Shown: positions 33,425 to 43,630, counted from the first letter of the stretch. The stretch: DNA of 64,000 bases from an uncultured Spirochaetota bacterium (GCA_963783575.1 CAWAOD010000010.1:168807-232806); one strand, 5' to 3'. The notes: a model not told the origin generated them from the sequence alone. Numbers and translations: made by a program.

Positions 33425-36164
33425 ATGAACGATATGGAAATAATCAGGGAGATTGAGAAAGAATTGAAGATTAAACTCAATTTAGTTGATAAACTGTATA
33501 TTAATAGCAAATGCTATACTTTAGACCAATATGAACGGGTAAAAGGAATAAGTCTGGTTGATTTAATAATAAATGATTTGCACAAAATTTCAGAGTTTCT
33601 AATCAGCTTAAATAATCTTAATGAATTATTTTTGATTATTAATCGAATCAATGATATAAATGCACTTCAAGGTTTGATCAGTCTAACAAAATTAGATTTA
33701 AGCGGTAATCTAATCAGCGATATTAAAGCGCTTCAAGGTTTGACTAGCCTAGCAGAATTATATTTAATTGAAAATCGAATCAGCAATATCAATGTACTTC
33801 AAGGTTTGACAAACCTGACAAAATTAGATTTAAACATCAATCAAATCAGCGACATCAATGCACTTCAAGGTTTAACTAGACTGACAAAATTAAATTTGAG
33901 CAACAATCGAATCAGTGACATCAGTGCTCTTCAAGGTTTGACCAACCTGACAAAATTAAATTTAAACAACAATCAAATCTTTGACATCAGTGCTCTTCAA
34001 GGTTTGACCAACCTTACAGAATTAGATTTAAGCGGCAATCAAATCTTTGATATTTGTGAACTAAAAGGTTTGACCAACCTTAGAATATTAGATTTATGTG
34101 AAAATAAACTTAAAATTCTACCTGAATGGATTATTAAGTTCGATATGGTTAATATAATTGAAGGAACATATTATACTGATGGAATTAACTTATTTGGCAA
34201 TCCCCTCGAAAGCCCACCACTGGAAATCGTGAAACAGGGGAAAGAAGCGGTAAAGAACTATTTCGAACAATTGAAACTTCAGGGTGAAGACCTGATTTAC
34301 GAAGCCAAGCTGATGATCGTGGGAGAACCGGGTGTTGGAAAAACATGCCTTTCCCGCATGCTTTTTGACCGCGGCTACGATATTCGCGATCCCGGATTAA
34401 AGTCGACAACCGGCATCAAAGTCCGTTCGGGCTGGGAATTCACCGTTAATGACAAAATTAATTTCAGCGCCCATGTCCTCCATCAATTTTTTCTGACTTC
34501 GGACTGTCTCTATGTCCTTATGGCTGAAAAGAGGAAAGAGCTGGCCAATTTTGACTACTGGCTCAATATCCTCCACATCCTCGGGAAAGACAGCCCTATC
34601 ATCATTCTTTTTAATGAAATTGACCGGGACAATGTAGCTACTTTCATTTATGATGAGAAGAAATACAAATATCTTTTCCCGGATATGAACATTACCAGGC
34701 TTGACATCAACCTTGCGGAAATCAGGGACGGCAGGTTCGACACACTGATTAATAACATCCGCGGATTTTTGAAAAACCTTCCTCATGTCGGTCAGACCGT
34801 GCCTGCACGCTGGAAAGACATCAGATTGGAACTTGAGAAAAGAAAAGGCGAGAAACGCATATCGGTCGAAGAATATTATGGAATCTGTAAAAAGTTCCAG
34901 ATTAACCGAAGGGAAGACCAGGAATTGATCCTGAACTATTTCCACCTTCTTGGAATTGCTCTTTACTTTAAGGACGATCCTCAGATTAACGACACCCTCT
35001 TTCTTGACCCGAACTGGACAGTAAATGCAGTTTATTCCATTCTTTCGGATAAAACGATAGAGCCTTATGACGGCCGTGTTGAATACGCTTTCATTAAGAA
35101 AATATGGGACAAGAATGGCTATACTGCCGGAGAACAGGCGAAAATCCTCTCGTTGATGCTTAAAGACGCCTTTGAACTCTGCTATGTCTGTCCTACGGAT
35201 AAAAGATTTTATATCGTGCCTTCACTTCTGCCGAAGATTAAGCCACAAAATTTAATATGGAATGAAACTGGCAATCTAACTTTCCGCTTCCAATACCCTT
35301 TCATGCCCGAAAGGTATTGTTAGTCGCCTTATTGTACGACTTAACGAATATATAGAAAACAACATCGTTTGGAATGAAGGGGTCATCTTTCAAAAAGAAG
35401 GCGCTAAAGCCCTTGTCGTTGAAAAAGCCACTACAAGGGAGGGGCTCAAGATAATCGAAATAAAACTTTCAGGCGAGCCCGAAAATCGTAAAACACTATT
35501 GACCCTGATCCGGGAAGAGGTAAAAAAGATTCAGGAAAGCTCTTTTCCAAATTTGCCATATTATGAAATGGTCCCATGCAATTGCGAAAAATGCAGTATA
35601 AATGAGGAACCGGAATTTTTCAGATATAATTTACTCATGGATTGCTTGAGTACGGGCGACTTTGAAATACAATGCCATAGAAGCCGGAAGATGGTAAAGG
35701 TGATAGAATTGATAGATGCAGTCTTTACATATAATGAAAAAGCACAAGTAATAGGTGCGGGAAAATTCAGCGATAAAACTGAATTTCATTTTCATACTGA
35801 TGGAGGTGATTTAAATATGGGAGATAGCTATAATGTAACTCAAGGTATAGCCGGGAAAAACGTATCAGTCAATACCGCGAATTTTTATCAGTCTCAATGG
35901 GAAGAAATCCAATCCCGGATCGATATTGAAAAGTTAATCGAAGAATTAAAATTGCTGAAAGAAAATCTTGTCAAACAAGCCAAAACCCCCCAGCATTATT
36001 CAGCAATCGCAGAAGTAGCAAAAGCCGAAGAAGCCGCGCAAAAGAAAGACGGCCCGAAGGTTCTGGAGTTTTTGAAAAATGCCGGCAAATGGGCGCTTGA
36101 TGCGGCGACAAGCATAGGAACAACAATAGCCGCCGATGTTATTAAGAAAAGCATGGGGATTTGA
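33425..36164 (+). CDS. LRR-Roc-COR (Roco) protein with a C-terminal helical module, split by a +1 indel near 35307
   Basis: Internalin-like LRRs, GNPLESPP hinge, P-loop GEPGVGKT, COR LDPNW. Removing one C from CCCG restores FMPKGIVSRLIVRL and joins ORF 35499..36164. Confidence 0.85.
33661..34122 (+). repeat. Seven 66-bp tandem LRR-coding repeats
   Basis: CTTCAAGGTTT-type anchor recurs every 66 nt from 33661 to 34057. Confidence 0.9.
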
Positions 36165-36174
36165 TAAAAACTCA

Positions 36175-36291
36175 ATTCGCCAAGCCCAAGTAACCCTGGG
36201 AACAGGATGTTCCATGAGGACTACTCTGCAACCATTCAGACAGCCGAGCGTCAGCTCGGCAGCGCAGCGACTGCGCAAGGTTACAGCCATG
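36175..36291 (+). repeat. Structured ~118-nt repeat, copy 1
   Basis: ATTCGCCAA..CCAAGTAACC..three hairpins..CAAGGTTACAGCCATG; aligns with 37014-37132. Confidence 0.8.
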
Positions 36292-36304
36292 TTTAAATAA
36301 TTAT

Positions 36305-36333
36305 TTGACAATATTGTCTATATTTGGTATTAT
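36305..36333 (+). promoter_or_regulatory. TA operon promoter with a palindromic operator
   Basis: TTGACA-N17-TATTAT with TG extension; perfect palindrome GACAATATTGTC (36307-36318) overlaps the -35. Confidence 0.7.
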
Positions 36334-36366
36334 ATTTAGTCTGGAATTGATTGTTAGGAGTATCTT

Positions 36367-36639
36367 ATGAATATCAAAGAAGACATTCAGCCCATATCTT
36401 TTGTAAAAGCACATGCCACGGAAATTTTGACTCAAATTAATCAAACACACAGGCCATTATATGTAACTCAAAATGGCAAAGCAAAAGCAGTAATTGTTGA
36501 TCCTGATAGTTTTGATAATATGAAAAAAGCAATATCAATTTTAAAAATAATCACTTTTGGAGAAAAAGAATATAAAGAAGGGAAATATACAAAGCAGGAA
36601 GATGTTTTTGCAGAGATTGAAAGTAAATATAGTTGGTAG
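36367..36639 (+). CDS. Type II antitoxin, Phd/YefM family
   Basis: DIQPISFVK, PLYVTQNGKAKAVI. Confidence 0.92.
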   Translation: MNIKEDIQPISFVKAHATEILTQINQTHRPLYVTQNGKAKAVIVDPDSFDNMKKAISILKIITFGEKEYKEGKYTKQEDVFAEIESKYSW

Positions 36640-36644
36640 CCTAA

Positions 36645-36971
36645 ATGGAAAATTATTCTGTAATATGGATTGACTCTGCAAAAAAGGATTTACTGGATAT
36701 AATTGATTATATTGCCCAGGACAAAATAGACACAGCAAAATCTATTTATCATAAACTTAAGGACAAAGCATCTTCATTATCTAATATGCCATTAAAAGGT
36801 CGAATAGTACCAGAATTGAAAATTTATGGTATTGATATATATAGAGAAATAATTGAAAATCCATGGAGAATAATATATCGTGTTCAAAATGATGAAATAA
36901 TTATTTTGGTAGTTATAGATGGAAGAAGAAATATAGAAGATATTATCTTTGAAAAAATACTTGAAAAATAA
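36645..36971 (+). CDS. Type II toxin, RelE/ParE family
   Basis: AKKDLLDIIDYIAQD, GRIVPEL, WRIIYRV, DGRRN. Confidence 0.92.
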   Translation: MENYSVIWIDSAKKDLLDIIDYIAQDKIDTAKSIYHKLKDKASSLSNMPLKGRIVPELKIYGIDIYREIIENPWRIIYRVQNDEIIILVVIDGRRNIEDIIFEKILEK

Positions 36972-37013
36972 AAGGTTACCAAACCACCGGGTTGAATTCA
37001 CCGGCAAAATTTT

Positions 37014-37191
37014 ATTCGCCAAATCCAAGTAACCTTGGGAGCACGGACGCTCCATGGGAGCTTTACTCTAATAATCATATAGTGGCGAACATCAGTTCGC
37101 CAAGCGACACGATGTAGCAAGGATGCGCCATGATAATTTCTCTTTAATCACAAAGGCCGCCGAACTGCGTTCGGCAGCGCAACGACTGCGC
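37014..37191 (+). repeat. Structured repeat copy 2 (37014-37132) plus partial copy 3 (37159-37191)
   Basis: Same hairpin order as 36175-36291 with compensatory changes; copy 3 abuts the gltA stop codon. Confidence 0.8.
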
Positions 37192-38500
37192 CTAGCGTTG
37201 TTTCACGGAAATGAATGGCTTTTCATCTTCACCGGTATAAATCTGGCGAGGCCGCATTATCTTCTGTTCGGGATCGGCTTTCATTTCAAGCCAGTGGGCT
37301 ATCCATCCGGGAAGCCTGCCTATAGCGAACATTACTGTGAACATGTTTGTCGGGATTCCCATGGCCCGGTATGCTATCCCGGTATAATAATCCACGTTGG
37401 GATATAGGTTTTTATCCTGAAAATACGAATCCGCAAGGGCTTTTTCCTCAAGTTCCATTGCTATTTCAAGCAGAGGGTCGTTTTTCATTCCCAGGTAATC
37501 CAGAAACTGACGGCAGGTTTGTTTGGCGATTTTTGCCCTCGGGTCGTAGGATTTATAAACCCTGTGCCCGAAACCCATCAATCTCATTTTGGAATCTTTG
37601 CGCTTAGCCATTTCGATCACATCATTCACCTTCATTCCACCTCTGTAAATTCCTTCAAGCATCTCTATAACGGCCTGGTTCGCCCCGCCATGCAGACAGG
37701 CCCCAGAGCGCGCATATGCCGGCGGCTATCGAGGCATATAGATTGGCGCCTGAACTTCCGACTGTCCTGACTACGGTAGTGGAACAGTTCTGCTCATGAT
37801 CGGCATGAAGAATAAGAAAGATGTTAAGCACGCGTTCCACAACCTGGTCAATCCTGTAGTTATTTACCGGCGAAGAGAACATCATATTGAGAAAATTCTC
37901 GCAATACCGGTATTTATAACTCGGGTAAATAAAAGGTTCGCCGATCGATTTTTTGTAAGAAAAAGCGGCTATTGTCCTCATTTTTGAAAGCAGGCGGGTA
38001 ACCGTTTTATCTATTGATTCTTCAACGGGCTCTTTCTCAAGTTCGGGATAAAAAGATGAAAGCGAAACGACCATAGCTGAAAGAACTGCCATAGGGTGGG
38101 AATTTTCAGGAAAGTTGATGAAAAAACGCTGCATATCTTCATGAATCAGCGAATGCTCGTTCATCAGATCGGAAAATTTCTTCCTTTCAGTCATGTTGGG
38201 CAGTTTCCCGAATATCAATAAATAAGCGACTTCAAGAAACATACAATTTTCCGCAAGCTCGTCGATTTTATAACCCCTGTGAAGCAGAATTCCCTTTTCA
38301 CCGTCGACAAATGTAATATCGCTTGATGTGATACCTGTATTCGCGAGGCCCGGATCATAAGTGACATAACCTGTTTCTTTTCTTAAAACGGTTATATCTA
38401 TTGCCTTCTCATATTTTGAACCTTCATAAAGAGGTAATTTTACCTTTTGCCCGTCAATTTTCAATTCAGCATTCCCTTTTAACGGCATTTTATCCTTCAT
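37192..38500 (-). CDS. gltA: Citrate synthase, split by a +1 indel near 37697
   Basis: [25 protein letters not shown] across the break, [18 protein letters not shown]. Confidence 0.93.
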
Positions 38501-38618
38501 AGAAAAATCCTTATAATTATTTCATAATTATTTAAATTATTTTGCGATTATTTTAATATGTAAATTGTTTATTTGCAAAAAAGATCTGTATTAATCAAGA
38601 TTAATTAATCAACATTAA

Positions 38619-39779
38619 TTAATCAATTAAATCCTGTAACGCTCTTTCCTTAAGGAATATTTTTACAGCCGGTATTACCGATGCCGCTAATATTGCCATG
38701 CCTATAAAGATTGCCATTGTACCGAAATAATCACCGATTATTCCAAGCAGGGAAGAGATTCCGACATTACCGAATGTATAAAAAGCTAAAAATGAATTAT
38801 TCATAATCAGCTTATCGTTTTCACCGCCGCTTTCAACATATGCGGTGTTAAGAACCGGGTAAAGAATGGAATGTGCAATCCCGTATATTATTCCGGTAAT
38901 ATAAAGCTGCCAGAAGGAAAAAAGCGACGCGGTAAAAGCCATTGCAACGGCCATTAATGACAATGAAAAGATTATCAGAATTTTCTTCGACAACCTGTCG
39001 ATAAAACCTGAAAAGAAAAATCTTGAAAGGATCGCGATAACTGATAATGATATAAAATATGATGAAATATTGGCTATCCCCAGCCTTTCTTTTGATAAAT
39101 TCGGTATGAATGTGGACAGAGTACTCCATGCACCCCCGAGGATTATTGATGCCGCCATCAGTATTATCAATTCCTTCTGCCTGAGAACACTGAAGAAAGT
39201 CCGGTTATGGCCTTCGCTCCTTTTTTGCTCATGAATAAACGGTACTATGATTATAGACGCTATGCAGAATAAAGCGCCCAGAAGAAAAAGATACCGGGGA
39301 TGATGGAACTTCAGGGCTAATTCGCCAAGGTAGGAACCGGCAGGATTGGCGATCACCCCTGATATTCCATAAAAAGCAATCCCGCTTACCCTGCTTCCTT
39401 TCGGAAGTATTTCAAAAGCAAGCAGCGAATTTAAGGTAAAGCCGAATGCGTATGAAAATGAAGCCATCGATCTGAAAAAAAGAAGCATGAGAAGATCTCC
39501 GGGGAAAAAGTACATTGCAATAAGTGAAATTAATTGCAGTATAAATCCACTCAAAAGGATATGCTTTATATTTATCCTTCCGATTTTACTGCTGAAAAAT
39601 ATTACAAAAAGAACCAGCGTCAATGAATTGACATTCATAAAGAATCCTATAAACCCTTTCGACGCTCCCAGATCGGATAAATATGGCGGCAGTAAATTAA
39701 GCGATGCATGGCTTGTAAAAAAGAGGAAATTAAGCAGGAAAATAATTAAAAAAGCAGGCTGAAAAATTGTCTTTTTCAT
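38619..39779 (-). CDS. MFS transporter
   Basis: About 12 hydrophobic segments; G.FIDRL motif. Confidence 0.85.
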   Translation of the reverse strand: MKKTIFQPAFLIIFLLNFLFFTSHASLNLLPPYLSDLGASKGFIGFFMNVNSLTLVLFVIFFSSKIGRINIKHILLSGFILQLISLIAMYFFPGDLLMLLFFRSMASFSYAFGFTLNSLLAFEILPKGSRVSGIAFYGISGVIANPAGSYLGELALKFHHPRYLFLLGALFCIASIIIVPFIHEQKRSEGHNRTFFSVLRQKELIILMAASIILGGAWSTLSTFIPNLSKERLGIANISSYFISLSVIAILSRFFFSGFIDRLSKKILIIFSLSLMAVAMAFTASLFSFWQLYITGIIYGIAHSILYPVLNTAYVESGGENDKLIMNNSFLAFYTFGNVGISSLLGIIGDYFGTMAIFIGMAILAASVIPAVKIFLKERALQDLID

Positions 39780-39982
39780 AATTTTAAAATGCCTTCCTTA
39801 TTCCGGGATATTATAAATATTTGATAGCTTTGAATTCAAAACAGTAATTTTAAAGACAGGCCGGTAAAACCACAAGCATTATGATTGACAGAGGTTTTGT
39901 TCAGATTGTTCTGCCTTAATCTATTATTGATTAATCCGGTTGATTGTTTTATAATAACTGTTTTGATTATAAGCAGGATATT

Positions 39983-41179
39983 ATGATAGATATAATAAGA
40001 AAAAAAATCGCTTTAATACCGGCTGATTTGCTGTTGTTTTTTATTGCAATCTCGATTTACAGCTTTGCTCAAAGTATTGTCGATGCGACATTCAACAATT
40101 TTTTAAATGAAACTTACAAATTAACCAATTTTGCAAGGGGCATGCTGGAATTGCCGCGGGAACTTCCGGGATTTCTTGTAATTTTTGTATCGGCGCTCCT
40201 TTTTTTCCTCTGCAGCAGAAGACTTGCCTCTCTGGCAAATGTAATCGGCGCAATCGGCATATTCCTGATCGGACTTTTTACTTTAAAACTGCCTTTTCTT
40301 TTAATATGCCTTTTTATATTCAGTATCGGACAGCACCTTTTCCTGCCGTTGAATTCGAGCATAGGCATGGAACTCGCGAAAGACGGTAAAACCGGAAAAA
40401 TTCTGGGGCAGTTAAGCGGAGCAGGCAATATTTTTGCCATAGCCGGGAGTTTTGTGATATTTATAGGCTTTAAATTTTTTAATTTCAATTTTAGGATTTC
40501 ATTTATTCTAGCTTCCACAGGATTTCTTATTGCGGCCTTATTTATATTACTAATGAAACCTAACAAGCCTATGCCGATGAAATCGAAATTTGTTTTAAAA
40601 AAAGAATACAGGCTTTTTTACTGGCTTTCCATCCTTTATGGGACAAGAAAGCAGATATTTATAACCTTTGCGCCATGGGTTCTGGTAACAGTGTTTCATC
40701 AAAAGACTCAGGTTATAGCCACCCTTCTAACAATCGGCGGAATTATCGGTATTGTTTTTAAACCGCTTCTGGGCCATGCGATTGATAAACTCGGTGAAAA
40801 GGTCATTCTGGCCGGGGAGGCTTTGGTCTTGATTATTATCTGCATAGGATACGGTTTCTCAAGAATGTTATTTTCAGAGGGAACAGCATTATTGATAACT
40901 TTTTCCTGTTATATAATTGACCAGCTGTTGATGTCCGTCAGTATGGCCAGGGCTACTTATCTGAAAAAAATCGCTGTAAATCCCGATGATGTGTCTCAAA
41001 CATTAACCATGGGAGTTACAATCGATCATACATTCTCAATATCAATAGCAATGATCAGCGGCCTTGTGTGGCTTAAATTCGGATATCAGTTTGTATTTCT
41101 GATCGGGGCAGTTCTGGCTTTTGTTAACCTTTTTTCCGCTTTAAGGATAAAAATAATTTCTTCAACAAAACCCGCATGA
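39983..41179 (+). CDS. MFS transporter
   Basis: About 12 TM segments; GHAIDKLGEK; AGGA before ATG 39983. Confidence 0.85.
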   Translation: MIDIIRKKIALIPADLLLFFIAISIYSFAQSIVDATFNNFLNETYKLTNFARGMLELPRELPGFLVIFVSALLFFLCSRRLASLANVIGAIGIFLIGLFTLKLPFLLICLFIFSIGQHLFLPLNSSIGMELAKDGKTGKILGQLSGAGNIFAIAGSFVIFIGFKFFNFNFRISFILASTGFLIAALFILLMKPNKPMPMKSKFVLKKEYRLFYWLSILYGTRKQIFITFAPWVLVTVFHQKTQVIATLLTIGGIIGIVFKPLLGHAIDKLGEKVILAGEALVLIIICIGYGFSRMLFSEGTALLITFSCYIIDQLLMSVSMARATYLKKIAVNPDDVSQTLTMGVTIDHTFSISIAMISGLVWLKFGYQFVFLIGAVLAFVNLFSALRIKIISSTKPA

Positions 41180-41225
41180 TTTGATTTAATTTATAGTTAC
41201 AAAATAACATAATAGTTTTAATTGA

Positions 41226-41254
41226 TTGACAATCAGATAAAATAAAGATAGAAT
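41226..41254 (+). promoter_or_regulatory. sigma70-type promoter of the TolC-like pair
   Basis: TTGACA-N17-TAGAAT. Confidence 0.65.
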
Positions 41255-41272
41255 GATTTTAAGCTTGAATTA

Positions 41273-42523
41273 TTGGGAGTAATTGTTTTGCAGATATTAA
41301 AAATATTAATTTATTCAAAATTCAGTTTAATATTAACATTTGCCCTTTTTCCAGTTGTATTCTATTCCGATGAACTGGATGATATAATACGATTCGCCTT
41401 ATCAAATTCGATAATGAGCCATAGTTTAACAAATAATATTGAGATCGCGAAATTGAGACATGACCAGATCTGGTTTTCTATAATTCCCGAAGCTTCCATA
41501 AGCGCAAACTATACTTATCAGAATAACGAACCCAACACAAATTATTCCATAACGCTTGGAATATCAAAGAATTTTGGTGATATTGACAGTTCAATACAGC
41601 AATTTCGTATTGCAGAGAACGATTATAAATCCAGTAAAATTGATCAGGAACTGGATAAAATAAATTTTATAAATTCAATAATTGTTAATTATATCGATCT
41701 TTCTGAAATTATACACCAGAAAGAAATCTATGAACAGGAAATTTCCAACGACTTTTACATTTATAATATTGTTTTATTTAAAGTAAAGACAGGCTCTGAA
41801 GATCCTTCAGCTTTAGTTCAGTACTCAAATGAAATCCATTTAAAGTCTGATGATCTGGAACTTGATAAATACGATTTCAGCAGCAGAATTGATAAATTTA
41901 CCCAGATTACTGCAACTAATCCTGTGCTTTACCAACTGAACAATTTGACTGAATCCGATTATAATAACATTGTTAGTTATATAAAAATAAGCAATCAATT
42001 GTTTTCATCCATTTCTAAAAAAAATATTGAGATAAGTAATAATTTGATACTGCTTTCGAAAAAAAACAGGGAAATATTATTACCGACTCTGGGTTTATCT
42101 GCAAGCCTGGGATTTGACTTTCTGGCAGGCAGATTCAACTATGGTTATGGAACCAGCCTCAGTTACCCGATATTTGATTTATTCAAAAAATTTGATGATA
42201 TTAAAATATATGCTTTACAGATTTCTAATATAAACATAGATATTTCAAATAAAATTAAAGAAGTCAGGAATAATATTCGTCTTGTGGATAATGAGGAAAA
42301 AACTCTACAGCAGAAAATTAGTTTTTTAGATACTGAAATAAAAATTGAAAGTGAACTTCAAAACGGATATTTTAATGACTATCAAATGGGTAAAATTGAT
42401 TTTTATGATTTTAAAAAGAGAAAACAGGAATTGATTTTAGATGAACTGGAATTAATCCATTCAAAAGCTTTACTGTTCAGATTACACAAGCGATTGCAGT
42501 ACGGCATTCTGGTACAGGATTAA
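41273..42523 (+). CDS. TolC-family-like outer membrane protein
   Basis: Signal peptide; LDDIIRFALSNS; two P-x-x-S-x-S-A beta hairpins; Y.MG.IDF.D; long helices. Confidence 0.65.
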   Translation: MGVIVLQILKILIYSKFSLILTFALFPVVFYSDELDDIIRFALSNSIMSHSLTNNIEIAKLRHDQIWFSIIPEASISANYTYQNNEPNTNYSITLGISKNFGDIDSSIQQFRIAENDYKSSKIDQELDKINFINSIIVNYIDLSEIIHQKEIYEQEISNDFYIYNIVLFKVKTGSEDPSALVQYSNEIHLKSDDLELDKYDFSSRIDKFTQITATNPVLYQLNNLTESDYNNIVSYIKISNQLFSSISKKNIEISNNLILLSKKNREILLPTLGLSASLGFDFLAGRFNYGYGTSLSYPIFDLFKKFDDIKIYALQISNINIDISNKIKEVRNNIRLVDNEEKTLQQKISFLDTEIKIESELQNGYFNDYQMGKIDFYDFKKRKQELILDELELIHSKALLFRLHKRLQYGILVQD

Positions 42524-42535
42524 AGGATTAATAAA

Positions 42536-43606
42536 ATGAATCGTATAATTATTTATTTAACAATAATTATTTTAATATTTATTTCCGGATGCGGATTGTA
42601 TCATGATGTTCAGGCAAACGCAAATCCCATATTTAATTCGAGCGGTTATATGGTTAATGGTGTAGAAATCGGAGCGAATGTTGAAAAATCTTTAGCCGAT
42701 TTTGATACAATTCTTCAGCAATCTAAACTAACCTATCCTATTTCGGCAATACAAGCATCGATCGACAAAAAAAATTATATAGACTCGATTATAACCGATT
42801 ATGCGGAATTATCATATTATCCCTCTGAAATAAAAATTAAAGAAGAGCAGATCAGGATTTATCAGAATTTATTCATAGATATAAGCACAAATCACAATAA
42901 GTTGAAATATCGCCTTGAAGAATATACTTACTTATCCAACAACATATACATTGAAAAGCAGGATCTGCTTCTTATGGATGAAATATACTCGAGTCATCTG
43001 AGTAATTTCCTTGAATATACAGGATTAAGTCAGAAAAATATAAATATGGACCTATTATTTTCAAATAATGATAAAACATCGGAAATCACTCTTGAATATC
43101 AAAATTTGAAAGCGGAGCAGGGAAATAATAAGCAAACCATAAGAAGGCAAAATCTCCAGAATTACCTTCCCTATCTGGATTTATCAATCGATACAAGTAA
43201 TTATTTAATATCCGGTGAACCCGCTTTAGCGGCAGGTTCAAGCCTTGATTTTTCATTTTCAGATATATTCAGAAGAATTAATTATAATAAAATACTTGAA
43301 TTGGAAAACAGAAACATAGATGAAAAAATACCTTATGAAATATTTGAGAATAGAAGCATCAGCAACCTCATAGAAAGAAGAATTGAAACATTAAAATCTA
43401 AGATCGCTATTTTAAAGGAAACAATAAAAAGAAATCAGGATTATAATTCATCCTATTATAAGTTATATAAATCCAAAAAGATTGATTTATATAAATTAAT
43501 TACCCGTTTTGACGATTCAATAAATATAAAACTAGATTTTATTGAAAGTCAAAGGCAGCTCTTTATTTTAAGAAAACGTCTCGAATATGGCATATTAAGT
43601 AGTTAG
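42536..43606 (+). CDS. TolC-family-like lipoprotein
   Basis: Lipobox ISGC; YLPYLDLS; YKSKKIDLY; C-terminus KRLEYGIL matches the upstream gene (KRLQYGIL). Confidence 0.6.
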   Translation: MNRIIIYLTIIILIFISGCGLYHDVQANANPIFNSSGYMVNGVEIGANVEKSLADFDTILQQSKLTYPISAIQASIDKKNYIDSIITDYAELSYYPSEIKIKEEQIRIYQNLFIDISTNHNKLKYRLEEYTYLSNNIYIEKQDLLLMDEIYSSHLSNFLEYTGLSQKNINMDLLFSNNDKTSEITLEYQNLKAEQGNNKQTIRRQNLQNYLPYLDLSIDTSNYLISGEPALAAGSSLDFSFSDIFRRINYNKILELENRNIDEKIPYEIFENRSISNLIERRIETLKSKIAILKETIKRNQDYNSSYYKLYKSKKIDLYKLITRFDDSINIKLDFIESQRQLFILRKRLEYGILSS

Positions 43607-43630
43607 TACTTTCTGAAAGATTCATCTTTT

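Noticed and set aside
36175..37191. CRISPR array or classical integron attC sites
   Set aside because: Only 2-3 long divergent copies separated by genes, no regular spacers, no RYYYAAC/GTTRRRY ends, and no cas or intI in the window.
36000..37407. ORFs 36000..36311(-), 36792..37055(-) and 37123..37407(+)
   Set aside because: They are antisense to real genes or read through the structured repeats; their mutual similarity comes from the repeats.
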